Positions 17,606 to 28,289 of a stretch of DNA of 64,000 bases are shown here, one piece after another. The first letter of the stretch is position 1, and every line of letters starts with the position of its first letter. The translations under genes were made by a program, and so were the position numbers. The notes under the pieces were generated by a model. It made no database searches, was not told the DNA's origin, and saw only the letters and a program-made list of their open reading frames with translations. The stretch is from an uncultured Ruminococcus sp. (GTDB taxonomy: Bacteria; Bacillota; Clostridia; Oscillospirales; CAG-272): contig CACZAZ010000003.1 in assembly GCA_902779285.1 (NCBI GenBank), forward strand, positions 10,014 to 74,013. Reading direction: 5' to 3'.

Positions 17606-18607
17606 ATGAGCCAAACGGACAAACCCGAAAACGAGAAGAAGGGGACCGCGATGATCAAGGTAGAGCATCTCGTCAAACGCTACGGCGGCGCCGCGTTCGC
17701 TCTCGACGACGTGAGTTTCGAGATCGGAGAGGGCGAGATCGTCGGTCTGCTCGGTCCGAACGGAGCGGGTAAGAGTACGGCGATGAACATTCTGACCGGC
17801 TATCTGTCGACGACCTCCGGAAAAGCGGAGATCGGCGGGGTGGACATCCTCGAAAACCCGATCGAGGCGAAACGGATGATCGGGTATCTGCCCGAACAGC
17901 CCCCGGTCTATCCCGATATGACGGTGACCGAGTATCTGCGCTTCGTCTACGAACTGAAGGGATGCGGTTTCCCGCGGGAACAGCATCTTGCGGACGTGAT
18001 GGCGGCGGTCAAGATCACCGACGTCAAAGGGCGGCTGATCCGCAACCTCTCGAAGGGGTACCGGCAGCGGGTCGGGATCGCGCAGGCGCTGATCGGGGAC
18101 CCGAAGGTCATCATCTTCGACGAGCCGACGGTCGGGCTGGACCCCAAGCAGATCCTTGAGATCAGGAATCTGATCCGCAATCTCGGGCGCACGCATACCG
18201 TCATCCTCTCGACCCACATTCTCGCGGAGGTGCAGTCGGTCTGCGAACGCATCATCATCATCAACCACGGGCGCATCATCGCCAACGAACGCGCCGAGGA
18301 CCTTGCCCGCGTGATCGAGGACAACACCCATTTCCGCTACGCGATCGTCGGTGACAAGAACGCCGTCCTCGACGGGCTGAAGGGCGTGCAGGGCGTCGCC
18401 TCGGTGACCCCGATGAACGAGCGCGAGGGCGACGCCTTCCGCTACCTCGTCGAGGGGAAACGCGGCGTCGACGTCCGGCGCGGGGTCTTCCGGGTCTGCG
18501 CCGAGAACGGCTGGCCGATCCTTTCGCTCGGAGCGGTCGGGGACGACCTCGAAAGCATCTTCATCCGGCTGGTCGACCGTTCGGACAAAGAGATCGACCG
18601 GAAATAA
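17606..18607 (+). CDS. ABC transporter ATP-binding protein (ABC-2 / GldA-like)
   Basis: Walker A GPNGAGKST, signature LSKGYRQR, Walker B IIFDEPTVGLD. ATG at 17606 with GAAAGGA upstream. Confidence 0.85.
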   Translation: MSQTDKPENEKKGTAMIKVEHLVKRYGGAAFALDDVSFEIGEGEIVGLLGPNGAGKSTAMNILTGYLSTTSGKAEIGGVDILENPIEAKRMIGYLPEQPPVYPDMTVTEYLRFVYELKGCGFPREQHLADVMAAVKITDVKGRLIRNLSKGYRQRVGIAQALIGDPKVIIFDEPTVGLDPKQILEIRNLIRNLGRTHTVILSTHILAEVQSVCERIIIINHGRIIANERAEDLARVIEDNTHFRYAIVGDKNAVLDGLKGVQGVASVTPMNEREGDAFRYLVEGKRGVDVRRGVFRVCAENGWPILSLGAVGDDLESIFIRLVDRSDKEIDRK

Positions 18608-18658
18608 CGCGGCGAAACCAAAGAAAGGGCTCCTCCGGGAGGGGGAGGGAAATCGACA

Positions 18659-19363
18659 ATGTCTGCCATCTATAAACGGGAACTGCACGCCTACCTGACC
18701 TCCGCGATCGGGTACGCTTTCATCGCGCTTTTCTTCGCCGTGTCGGGGGGCGTCTTCGTCTACACGACCCTCTACGCGGGAACGGCGAATCCCGCGAACT
18801 ACTATTCGTCTATGCTGATCTTCTTCGTCATCCTTCTGCCGATCTTGACGATGAAGTCCTTCAGCGAGGAACGCAAGCTCCGCACCGAACAGCTGCTGCT
18901 GACGGCGCCGGTCTCGATCCCCGCGATGGTGATCGCGAAGTTCCTTGCCGCCATGACCATCTTCTCGTCCTGCACCGTCCTCTGCTCCTGTTCGTTCCTT
19001 CTGCTCGCGAAATACGCGACGGTGCGCGCGGCGACGGTGTTCGGCAATCTGATCGCCATCCTGCTGGTCGGCGGGGCGTTCATCGCGATCGGGCTGTTCG
19101 TTTCGGCTCTGACCGAGAATCAGCTCGCGGCGGCGATCGGCACGGTCGGGATCATCCTGACGTTCTTCGCCGTCCCTAAGCTCAACAGTTTCATCCCGGT
19201 CTACTGGATCCGGTTCGTCCTTTCGGGCGTCTCGATCTTCAGTCGCTTCAGCAACTTCACGCAGGGCGCGTTCGACTTCTCGGCGCTCCTCTACTATCTG
19301 TCGGTGATGGCGGTATTCCTGCTTCTGACCGGACGGGTGTACGACCGCCGCCGCTATCGGTAA
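18659..19363 (+). CDS. ABC-2 family permease (GldF-like)
   Basis: About six hydrophobic segments. It immediately follows the ATPase gene. Confidence 0.75.
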   Translation: MSAIYKRELHAYLTSAIGYAFIALFFAVSGGVFVYTTLYAGTANPANYYSSMLIFFVILLPILTMKSFSEERKLRTEQLLLTAPVSIPAMVIAKFLAAMTIFSSCTVLCSCSFLLLAKYATVRAATVFGNLIAILLVGGAFIAIGLFVSALTENQLAAAIGTVGIILTFFAVPKLNSFIPVYWIRFVLSGVSIFSRFSNFTQGAFDFSALLYYLSVMAVFLLLTGRVYDRRRYR

Positions 19364-19372
19364 GGGGGAATT

Positions 19373-20860
19373 ATGAGCCGATTGAAAGAAACGGCGAAGG
19401 GTCTTGTCCGCCGCGCCGGAGGGCGGGGCGGGATCGGCGCCGCGACGGTGATCGTCGTGATCGCGCTGCTCGTGATCCTGAACGTCATCGTCTACGCTTT
19501 GGGGGCGAAATATTCGTGGTATCTCTACACCGCGCCCCATTACGAGCATACGATCGGGGATTCCTCCGAGATCTTCTTCTCCGACCTCGATCGGGGGCGG
19601 GAACTCAAGATCCGCTTCTGTATGAACGAGGAGGACCTGGAGGGCGACTCGGCGTACCGGCTGGTGCTGGAGACCGCGCGCCAGTTCGCCGCGAAATACG
19701 ACTTTATCTCGGTCGATTTCATCAATATCGTCGTCAACCCCGACGAGGTATCGCGCTATAAGTACGGCGCGGCGCCCGAACTCGACGAGAACGGGAACAA
19801 GATCAAGAAGAACAACGTGACCAAGAACAGCGTCGTGTTCGATCTGGGGGGCAACGACTTCACCGTCGCGAACCTTCCCGCCTTCTTCATCCTCGACAGC
19901 CGACAGTATATTACCGGCTACGACGGGGAACGGGTGATGTCCGCGCTGATCCATCGGACGATGGCGGACGAGCGTCCCGTCGCCTGCTTCACGCAGGGGC
20001 ACGGCGAGACCTCGAGCGAACTGCTCTACAACATCCTGATCTGCGCCGGGTACGCGATCGCGACGGCGGACCTCGCCAAAGAGGAGATCCCGGAGGGGAC
20101 CACGCTTCTGATCGTGTCCGATCCGCGCTACGACTTTGAGACCGGCGCCGCGGGGTCCGGGATCGTTTCGGAGATCGAACGGCTGAACGAATTTGCCGAG
20201 GCGGGGGGAACGGTCTTCGCCATTCTCGACCCGCTGATCACCGACCTGCCGCACCTGAACGCCTACCTCGAGGGGTGGGGGCTCTCGCGCCGCGAGGGAA
20301 CGGTGCGCGATATGATCAACTCGCTGACCCCGGACGGCTACGCGGTGTCGACCTCGTTTTCTTCGAGCGCGCCCGGCGACGCGATCCGCGAACGGATCCG
20401 GGCGTTTTCGGACGCCGACGTGGTTTTGAAACGCGCCGCGGCGATCGAACTTGACGCCCCCGACGGAGTTTCGGCGGAGCCGGTGCTTTCGGTCGGACGG
20501 ACCGCCTCGATCTGGACGGACGGCGAAAAGACCGATTCGGACGGCGGCTACGCGGTCGCGGCGTACGCGAGAAAAGAGAACGGATCGGGCGTGTTCCTGG
20601 TCTCGAGCGTCTATATGACCTCGTCCGACGCCATCCGCACCAACGGCTACGCCAACGCCGATTTCATCTACGCCGTTCTGGAGTATTCCGACGGCGCCCG
20701 CGTCCCGCTCGGGACGACCGTTATGCTGATCGAGACCCAAAAACTCGAGGGCGTGACCCGCGGGACCATCCGACTCACCCTGGCGATCCTGTTCGCCGTT
20801 ATCCCCGCCGCCGTCGTGACGGTCGGCGCGGTCGTTCGGATCAAGCGGAAGAACCGCTGA
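19373..20860 (+). CDS. GldG-like ABC-transporter auxiliary protein
   Basis: N- and C-terminal TM anchors around a large extracytoplasmic domain, and a position after the GldA/GldF-like genes. The family call is from memory of this operon type. Confidence 0.55.
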   Translation: MSRLKETAKGLVRRAGGRGGIGAATVIVVIALLVILNVIVYALGAKYSWYLYTAPHYEHTIGDSSEIFFSDLDRGRELKIRFCMNEEDLEGDSAYRLVLETARQFAAKYDFISVDFINIVVNPDEVSRYKYGAAPELDENGNKIKKNNVTKNSVVFDLGGNDFTVANLPAFFILDSRQYITGYDGERVMSALIHRTMADERPVACFTQGHGETSSELLYNILICAGYAIATADLAKEEIPEGTTLLIVSDPRYDFETGAAGSGIVSEIERLNEFAEAGGTVFAILDPLITDLPHLNAYLEGWGLSRREGTVRDMINSLTPDGYAVSTSFSSSAPGDAIRERIRAFSDADVVLKRAAAIELDAPDGVSAEPVLSVGRTASIWTDGEKTDSDGGYAVAAYARKENGSGVFLVSSVYMTSSDAIRTNGYANADFIYAVLEYSDGARVPLGTTVMLIETQKLEGVTRGTIRLTLAILFAVIPAAVVTVGAVVRIKRKNR

Positions 20861-20911
20861 CCGTTTAACTTCCCCCGGCGCATCCTCCGGGGAGAAAGGA
20901 CGCAATCCCAG

Positions 20912-22600
20912 ATGAACAACACCCGACCCAAACGCCTGTCCGCCCGATTCCAGAAATGGCTGACGCCCGCGGTGATCGTACTCGCGGCGCTTCTGGTCGT
21001 TCTCTCGGTCGGACTCGCCGGGCTGGTCTCGTCCCACTCGCTCTGGCTCGATCTGACGCCGGAAGGACTGTATTCGCTCTCGGATCTGATGATCGCGGAA
21101 TGCTCGAAGATCGAGCGCGACATCACGATCACCTTCTGCGACGATCCCGACCACCTGATGAGCGGCTATATGACGCGCTACGTCTACGTGATGGCGAAGG
21201 AGCTCGAACAGCGCTTCGATAACATCACGGTCAAGACCTGCAACGTGACCCTGAACCCGACGGCGGTCGACCGCTATCGGGCGGTCTCGTCGTCCTCGAT
21301 CCCCGCGTCGAGCGTGATCGTCAGCTGCGGAGATCAGTTCCGCATCTATACGGCGTCGCAGTTCTGGATCTCCGGCACCGATTCGGACGGGAACTCGTCG
21401 GGGCTCTACTCCTTCAACGGGGAATACAAGATGGCGACCGCCTTCTTCTCGCTCTCCGCGATCGCGTCCCCCAAGGCGTACTTCCTCATCAATCACGGCG
21501 AGCGCTACTACGCCCCGGACGACGAAGTCCACGCCGAACTGCGCGCGGGCGCGGGACAGGACGAGGATCTTTCCGCGTTCTACAACCTGCTTCTGAAAGC
21601 GGGACTGACGGTCGATTATCTCGATCTGACCGGAAAGCGGACCGTGCCGGACGACTGCGCGGTGCTGATCGTCAACCGTCCGCAGACCGACCTCGGAGGG
21701 GGGGATCTGTATTCCTTCTCCGACCGCACCGAAGCCGAGGTGCTCGACCGGTATATCTCGGAGGGGAACGGCGCGATCATGTTCTTCAAGGATCCCGACG
21801 TTTCGCTTCTGAACCTCGAACAGTTCTGCGAAAAGTGGGGCATCTCCTATATCGACGGCGCGACGGTCGGGCGCAAACTCAAGACCGGAGAGACCACCGA
21901 CCTCGTCCGCGGCGTTTACAACAAGGACGAAGCCACCGTCGCCTACTCGATCTACAAAACGCTGGCGTCGGTCGTATCCTCTCCCGACGTCGTGGCGCGC
22001 GGGAGCGGCGCGGTCAAACTCGCGTGGAAGGAGAGCGAGGGGGAACTCTCGGGCAACTTCCTCGGCAAGCGGCTGTACGCCGATTTCCTCTACGCGCCGA
22101 CGAAGGATCCGAACGATCCGCACGACTACGGCTCGGCGCTTTACGCGATCGACGGCGGCGGGCTCGTTTCGGACGACGATCAGCGCTACGCGGTCGCGGC
22201 GATCTCGACCCGCTACTGGAGCGATTCCTACTCGCTTGAAAAATTCTATTCCTACGTTTTCGCCTCCGCTTCGTCCGATATCATCTCGAAGGAGAATCTC
22301 GAAAATCCCGCCTACGGGAACGCCGACGTCTTCTTCTCGCTGGTCCGCTATCTGGCGCGCACCGACGAGTACGCCGACCTTGCGCTCGGCTCCGAGAGTT
22401 TCAACTCCGAGAATATGGGCGGCAAGAAACTGGTGACGAGCAAACTCTCCGCCGCCGCGTACACCGATTCGGGCTCGCGGAAATCCTGCGCCGCCTTCAC
22501 GCGGGGCGATCTGGTCAGGATCTCGATCTTCGTATTCGTCCCGGCGCTCGCAGCGTCGGTCGCGGGCGTCGTTCTCTGGCGCCGCCGCCGGATCCTGTGA
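20912..22600 (+). CDS. second GldG-like auxiliary protein
   Basis: The same N/C-terminal anchor topology and the same operon. Confidence 0.5.
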   Translation: MNNTRPKRLSARFQKWLTPAVIVLAALLVVLSVGLAGLVSSHSLWLDLTPEGLYSLSDLMIAECSKIERDITITFCDDPDHLMSGYMTRYVYVMAKELEQRFDNITVKTCNVTLNPTAVDRYRAVSSSSIPASSVIVSCGDQFRIYTASQFWISGTDSDGNSSGLYSFNGEYKMATAFFSLSAIASPKAYFLINHGERYYAPDDEVHAELRAGAGQDEDLSAFYNLLLKAGLTVDYLDLTGKRTVPDDCAVLIVNRPQTDLGGGDLYSFSDRTEAEVLDRYISEGNGAIMFFKDPDVSLLNLEQFCEKWGISYIDGATVGRKLKTGETTDLVRGVYNKDEATVAYSIYKTLASVVSSPDVVARGSGAVKLAWKESEGELSGNFLGKRLYADFLYAPTKDPNDPHDYGSALYAIDGGGLVSDDDQRYAVAAISTRYWSDSYSLEKFYSYVFASASSDIISKENLENPAYGNADVFFSLVRYLARTDEYADLALGSESFNSENMGGKKLVTSKLSAAAYTDSGSRKSCAAFTRGDLVRISIFVFVPALAASVAGVVLWRRRRIL

Positions 22601-22621
22601 CGGAAGAAAGGAAGGGATAAG

Positions 22622-25600
22622 ATGAAAAAAAGAAAACTGATCCTTCTGATCCTCCTCGCCGCGGCGGTCGTTCTGACCGTTCTCTACTTTGCCGTCGTGC
22701 GCCCGATCGTCAACCGCACGAACAACGCGAAGGCGGAGCCGGTCCCGCTGCTCGAGGGCGAGTCCTATTTCCGGCTGAACAACAACGAGAGCGACCAGAT
22801 CCCCGTGATGTTCCGGCAGGTCGACAGGGAGGACCTCTACGAGATCCGGATCCTGAACGGCGGGGAGACCTACGGGTTCACGCACTACCTTGCAGGCGGG
22901 AAGAACTATTTTCTGATGTGGACCGAGAGCGGCGAGGACGCCGACGGAGACGGGGCGCCCGACCGCACGCTCTTCTATCCCGAACTCGCCCGGATGACGG
23001 CGAACTTCGACTATACGACGCTCTACGACGAGACGTCGAAGATCCCCGCGCTGATCACGGGATCGGGCTGCGTCGTGTTCAAGGACCGGGTCTATATCCG
23101 CGCCGACGCCGACCCCGCGCCAACTGACGAAGAATATCAGACGATCCTGCACCGTTACGGGCTTGCAGACTCGGATCATCCGGTGGGATACGAGATCACC
23201 CCGCTGATGCGCGACGATCGCAAGAACCTGCTGTACTGCGACGACGACGGGAATCTCTACTGCACCGACGGGAACAAGGAGAGCCCGCGCTACTACGACG
23301 CGTTGGCGCTCCGGGCGTCCGGCTACGATTACGAAAACACGCCGACCGCCGACGTTTCGGGCGTAACGCTCGACGGCGTGCCGTCCCCCGACGTGATCCG
23401 GGTGTTCGTCGGCGATATGCTCCCCGACGAGAGCGGGTACTATCTCCGGCTCGAGGGGCGCGACGTGGTCTATTCGACCGGCACCGCCACCATCGGGAAG
23501 ATCGTGTATCAGTCGCTCTCCTACTATATCCATCCGCGTCTGGTGCAGACCGGGGAACACGAGAGCGCGCCGCTCTACACCACCTCCTTCCGCCTTTTCG
23601 GGGGAACGGGATCGAAGGATACGGGGATCGCCCCGACCGACACGGTCCTCTTTACGTCCTCTTACGCGCTCCGCGACGGTATCGCCGCCGACAAGACGGG
23701 CGCGCTCGCTCTCGGGACGGGAGACCTGCCCGAGAACCTGATCGCCGCCCTGACCTCGTCCGGCGCGTCGGTCGGAGATACCCTCCCGCTGCTTTACGGG
23801 ACTGCCTCCGAGCCCCATCGGACGCTGCGCCCGGATAAGACCTCCGCCTACGCGATCTTCGCCGTCGGCGCCGTCATCCGCGGCGGGGAATACCTCGATC
23901 AGAACGGCACGGTCGTACAGGCGGGGGATATCGCGATCTGCGCCTACACCTCGGACGGCGAGGCGGCGACCGGGGCGATCGACCTCGCTTCCGCGCCCGC
24001 GGCTTTGGTGAACGCGATCGTCGGGCTCGAGATCGGGGCGGGCAACGGAAGAACTCCGCTTTCCTCGGCTTCGGTCGACTTTTCGGGCGCGCCCGTTTTC
24101 GAGACTGCGGTCTACCGGGTCGAATCGATCCAGGCGTACGCCCGCAATTCGTCCTTCACGAGCGGGCGGGTCGTATGGAACGGTTCCGATAAACTTTCGA
24201 CCCAGACGGCGAACTTCCCGACGTCGGGCTCGCGCGGCTACGTCTTGGTCTCCTATTCGGTGAAACGCGACGGCGTGCTCGCGGTCGAGCGGACTATGCT
24301 CTGCCTCGACGGAGGAAACGCTACGCTGGCGGAGAATATGATGGCGGCGGCGATCGTCTCGTCGGACTACGCGTCGGGCAAACTGACGCTCGGGTATCGG
24401 CAGGGGATCACGGCGTCGGTCGCTCTGCCCGCCGATCCGTTCACGTCCTATCTCGTCTACCGCGATTTCAAGATCGAGGGGATCTTCGGAAACGAAGAGG
24501 AGATCGGCGTCCGGTACGTCAACGACACCGAACGCAACATCTTCTACGGCGGGAGCGCCTACGAGATCGTATCTCCCGCGAATCGCAGGATCTACTCGGT
24601 CAACAACACCAACCTGATGAACGTTCTGCAGAACGTGTTCGGAGAGGCGAAGGGGAGCGAGACCGTCGCCGTCGGGCTGACCAAAGACAACTTCGACCGC
24701 TACGGGCTGGGGGCGCACGTCGTCTACTTCGAGATGCCGCTGGGCCTTGCCTACCGCGACGGGACCTCGATGGACGTCGGGATCGGCTCGCGGGTCGGCT
24801 TCCGGCTCTATCTCAGCGAACGGAAGAGCGACGCGTCGGGCGACTACTACTACGTCGCGTCGGATCTGTACGGGATCGTCGTCCGCGCAAACGTTTCCGA
24901 CAAGGATTTCGGTTTCGTCGACTGGACCTTTGCCGACGCGTGGGTCGACGACGATCTGCTCCTGCTCGATCTGACCGACATCCGCGATATCACGTTCCGG
25001 ATCAACTATAACGACCTGAAAGAGACCCACGGCTTCGCCGTTTCGGTCAATCCCGCCTATTATACCTCGACCGACGACGCCGACGTGACGAGCCGGATCT
25101 ACGTCGCGTACGTTCCCGGGGCGTTCCCGACTTACGAGATCGTCGTGACCGACGCCAAAAACGTCGAGCCCGACAATCGGAATTACGCCGCCCGCAACGC
25201 GACGGGGAGGGCGTACTACCGGACCGACTACGGGATGCAGCTCTCGAAGATCAACGACGATTTCTGGTCGGTGCGGATCGTGTCGAACGAAGGCGCGATC
25301 GGGCTGGACGACCACTATTCGAACCAACGCGGCGGCGCGGAACTCGAGTTCTCCGGGACCTACTACGAGGGGGTCGCCAACTTCACCAAACTGATCACGC
25401 TGATCTACACCTCGAAGTACACCGGCGCGGTCGCGGAGAGCGAACTTTCCGACGCGGAACGGGCGCGGATCGCGGATCTTCTCGAAAAGGACGGGGAGGG
25501 CAATTTCGTTCTCTCGGACGACGCCGCGGCGGCGCAGGATCGCGCGGTCTTCACGATCCGGCTCACGCTGGTCGACGGGCGCGTGTTCACGCTCGCGTTC

Positions 25601-25777
25601 TATCCCTATTCGGACGGGCGCTACCTGCTCTCGTTCAAGGACGCCGCCGCCGGGATCGTCAGCCGCGAGTTCTATCTGAATATGGGCGAGATCAAGAATA
25701 TGGTCACGGCGGTCAGAACGATCGTCGCGGGCGGATCGGTGCGTTACGACTGGTCCTATCTGCCCGAACCGAACTGA
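22622..25777 (+). CDS. large (1051 aa) N-terminally anchored protein, DUF4340-like by operon position
   Basis: Single N-terminal TM (LILLILLAAAVVLTVLYFAVV). It is the last gene of the ABC-2/GldG cluster. The domain call is tentative. Confidence 0.45.
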   Translation: MKKRKLILLILLAAAVVLTVLYFAVVRPIVNRTNNAKAEPVPLLEGESYFRLNNNESDQIPVMFRQVDREDLYEIRILNGGETYGFTHYLAGGKNYFLMWTESGEDADGDGAPDRTLFYPELARMTANFDYTTLYDETSKIPALITGSGCVVFKDRVYIRADADPAPTDEEYQTILHRYGLADSDHPVGYEITPLMRDDRKNLLYCDDDGNLYCTDGNKESPRYYDALALRASGYDYENTPTADVSGVTLDGVPSPDVIRVFVGDMLPDESGYYLRLEGRDVVYSTGTATIGKIVYQSLSYYIHPRLVQTGEHESAPLYTTSFRLFGGTGSKDTGIAPTDTVLFTSSYALRDGIAADKTGALALGTGDLPENLIAALTSSGASVGDTLPLLYGTASEPHRTLRPDKTSAYAIFAVGAVIRGGEYLDQNGTVVQAGDIAICAYTSDGEAATGAIDLASAPAALVNAIVGLEIGAGNGRTPLSSASVDFSGAPVFETAVYRVESIQAYARNSSFTSGRVVWNGSDKLSTQTANFPTSGSRGYVLVSYSVKRDGVLAVERTMLCLDGGNATLAENMMAAAIVSSDYASGKLTLGYRQGITASVALPADPFTSYLVYRDFKIEGIFGNEEEIGVRYVNDTERNIFYGGSAYEIVSPANRRIYSVNNTNLMNVLQNVFGEAKGSETVAVGLTKDNFDRYGLGAHVVYFEMPLGLAYRDGTSMDVGIGSRVGFRLYLSERKSDASGDYYYVASDLYGIVVRANVSDKDFGFVDWTFADAWVDDDLLLLDLTDIRDITFRINYNDLKETHGFAVSVNPAYYTSTDDADVTSRIYVAYVPGAFPTYEIVVTDAKNVEPDNRNYAARNATGRAYYRTDYGMQLSKINDDFWSVRIVSNEGAIGLDDHYSNQRGGAELEFSGTYYEGVANFTKLITLIYTSKYTGAVAESELSDAERARIADLLEKDGEGNFVLSDDAAAAQDRAVFTIRLTLVDGRVFTLAFYPYSDGRYLLSFKDAAAGIVSREFYLNMGEIKNMVTAVRTIVAGGSVRYDWSYLPEPN

Positions 25778-25845
25778 TTTTTCCCCGCCGTACGGCGCCT
25801 TTTTCCGGGTCGGGGAAAAAAAGTCCGGGAAAAAACAAAAAAAGA

Positions 25846-25873
25846 TTGCATTTTGAAAAAAGTGTGATATAAT
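25846..25873 (+). promoter_or_regulatory. candidate promoter
   Basis: TTGCAT-N16-TATAAT (ttgcattttgaaaaaagtgtgatataat). Confidence 0.45.
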
Positions 25874-25920
25874 ATTGAAGTACAATAGCCAAATTATCCA
25901 CATCAAGGGGTTTACAGTTT

Positions 25921-27690
25921 ATGACGAAAACGAAAAAGATTGTCTGTATCGCACTCGCGCTGCTGATGATCGCCGGCGCAATTTTCTTCGCTGTCTATAA
26001 TAAGGTAGGGAAGAATTACAACTACGCGAAGATCAAGGATTACTCGAAGTATATCACGATCGGGGACGTCATGGGTCTTTCGTTCGAGGCGGACGACTGT
26101 GAGATCGCCGCGGTGACCGACGAGGACGTGCAGAAGCAGGTCGCCGCCAATCTGCGGGCGCTGATGACCGACGACGACAAGAACGTGACCGACACGGCGG
26201 CGGTGATCGGGACCTACGACGAGGTGTTCGTCAACTTCTACGGGAGTTACGTCGACGAGGGCAGCGTGACGCATATCTTCGTCGCCGGCTCGCGTATGGA
26301 TAAGGAGAATCCCGTCCCGCTCTACGTGGAGAGCGGATCGGCGTCCGAGTATTTCGCCAACTCTCTGAAAGGGAAGAGCCCCAACCCCGACGCTTACAAG
26401 CTGAAGGCGACGGGGGCGGAAGGCGACGAAACCGTGATCGACGCCGACGATATCGCGTATATCAACTACACCTGGGTCCGCTACCGCTATCAGGAGGACG
26501 GCGTGACCAAGGACGAAAGCACGAAGCAGACCAACTCGACGGTCGACGCGAACACGAACCGCGTGACCACCGAGCTCCGTCTCGACCTTGCAAACGTCCC
26601 CGACTATTTCCCCGACGGCTTCAAGGATCAGATCGTCGGGAAGAAGGCGGGCTCGCTCGGCACGCTGACCTTCGACAACGTCGAGGTCGACCTCGGCGGT
26701 GAAGAGGGCGTCGTTAAGTTCTGCTACGAGTACACCGTCACCGTCAACCGCGTTATCGACGCCTTCGACGCGATCGAGATCCCCTACACGTTCGCCGCCG
26801 ACGCGACCGACAAGGACCTCGAGGGCAACGCTCTCGCGGGCAAGGACGTCACGTTCCACGTCGTGATCGCCAAATTCAACGACGTTCCGGACCTCGGCAA
26901 GACCTATCCCGCCGATCCCTCCGACGAGAGTTCGGAGCAGATCAACGTCGTGATCTCCAAACTCAAATTCGACGAGACCTCGTACTATAAAGAGAACGTC
27001 AAGACCGAAACCGACTGGCTTGCCGAGAACGAGGGCAAGACCCACGACGATTACGTCGAGTATCTGAAGGGTCAGTACGTCGACTACGTCGAAAAGCAGC
27101 TGATCGATTCGTACGACGCCAAGCGGATGAACGCCGCCGCCAAGCCGATGTGGGAGAAGATCAAGGAGCAGGTGACCGCGGTCAACGCTCCGAAACGCGC
27201 CGTGAAGCTCACCCGGAAGGACGTCGAATCCATGTTCAAGTACGTCTTCAACAACGGCACCTTCGAGAACGAGGCGGGCAAGACGATCTCCTACCGCACG
27301 CAGTACGGAAGCTACCGGAAGTTTATGGCGGCGTGCTACAAGAGCGACTCGGTGATCGAATCGGTCGGGCTTGACACCAACGCCGCGTACAAGAAGGCGG
27401 TCGAGGAGGGCAAGAGCTACGGCGAATGCATCGACGCCGCCGTGACCGAGATCGTGACCAACAAGCTCCTGATGTACGCGCTGTACGACAAGTTTGGCGA
27501 CGCCGTTAAGGTCGACGAAGCCGAGTTCGAGTCCGCGCGGAGCCTGATGTATATGTACTACTACTACGGGCTGTCGAAGACGCTTCTGCCCGACTCCGCG
27601 ATCCGCGAGTCCATCATGTTCGATAACGTGATGAAGTATATCTACGACAACGCCAACGTGCAGTGGGAGAGCGAAGGGGCGAATCCCTGA
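25921..27690 (+). CDS. membrane-anchored trigger-factor-like / FKBP-PPIase-like protein
   Basis: N-terminal TM. The blocks VTDEDVQKQVAANL and YDEVFVNFYGSYVDEG...SGSASEYFANSLKGK resemble the trigger-factor N and PPIase regions. Confidence 0.5.
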   Translation: MTKTKKIVCIALALLMIAGAIFFAVYNKVGKNYNYAKIKDYSKYITIGDVMGLSFEADDCEIAAVTDEDVQKQVAANLRALMTDDDKNVTDTAAVIGTYDEVFVNFYGSYVDEGSVTHIFVAGSRMDKENPVPLYVESGSASEYFANSLKGKSPNPDAYKLKATGAEGDETVIDADDIAYINYTWVRYRYQEDGVTKDESTKQTNSTVDANTNRVTTELRLDLANVPDYFPDGFKDQIVGKKAGSLGTLTFDNVEVDLGGEEGVVKFCYEYTVTVNRVIDAFDAIEIPYTFAADATDKDLEGNALAGKDVTFHVVIAKFNDVPDLGKTYPADPSDESSEQINVVISKLKFDETSYYKENVKTETDWLAENEGKTHDDYVEYLKGQYVDYVEKQLIDSYDAKRMNAAAKPMWEKIKEQVTAVNAPKRAVKLTRKDVESMFKYVFNNGTFENEAGKTISYRTQYGSYRKFMAACYKSDSVIESVGLDTNAAYKKAVEEGKSYGECIDAAVTEIVTNKLLMYALYDKFGDAVKVDEAEFESARSLMYMYYYYGLSKTLLPDSAIRESIMFDNVMKYIYDNANVQWESEGANP

Positions 27691-27809
27691 TCCGACTTCC
27701 CGTTGACAAGACCGTACCGACCCACGACGCGAGGGAAAGGAAACAAAGTTTTCGCCGCGCGGTGTGCGCGGTACGGTCTCTTTTTCAAAAAAGGAGGGAC
27801 CGACGGTAA

Positions 27810-28289
27810 ATGAAAAAGGTGGAACTGTATACCGACGGGGCTTGCCGGGGAAATCCCGGCCCCGGCGGCTGGGGCTGCATCCTCGTTTACGGAAAATACC
27901 GCCGGGAACTCTCGGGCGGGGAGGCGTGTACCACCAACAACCGGATGGAACTGACCGCCGCGATCGAGGGACTGTCCGCCCTGAAAGAGCCGTGTGAAGT
28001 CACGCTGACGTCGGATTCCAAGTACCTCGTCGACGCGGTGACGCTGGGCTGGCTCGACGAATGGAAGCGGAAGAACTGGCGCCTGAAATCGCATGGGACG
28101 GTCAAGAACCCCGATCTGTGGGAAAAACTTTCGGATCTGCTCGGGATCCATCGGGTCGATCTCGTCTGGGTCAAGGGACACGACGGACATCCCGAAAACG
28201 AACGCTGCGACCTGTTGGCGACCTCCGAAGCCGACAAGTTCAAACCGTCGGCGGGATCCGAAAAAGAAAAGGAAGGCGAGACGATATGA
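27810..28289 (+). CDS. rnhA: ribonuclease HI
   Basis: [31 protein letters not shown] and [17 protein letters not shown]: all RNase H1 catalytic blocks are present. Confidence 0.9.
   Translation: MKKVELYTDGACRGNPGPGGWGCILVYGKYRRELSGGEACTTNNRMELTAAIEGLSALKEPCEVTLTSDSKYLVDAVTLGWLDEWKRKNWRLKSHGTVKNPDLWEKLSDLLGIHRVDLVWVKGHDGHPENERCDLLATSEADKFKPSAGSEKEKEGETI

Noticed and set aside
17477-25906. A giant 2809-aa ORF on the minus strand.
   Set aside because: It is the antisense shadow of five well-supported plus-strand genes, each with an SD site, ABC motifs, TM anchors and short gaps. Its translation is Arg/Asp/Gly/Val/Pro-rich low-complexity sequence with no motifs. GC-rich third-position bias keeps the reverse frame free of stops.
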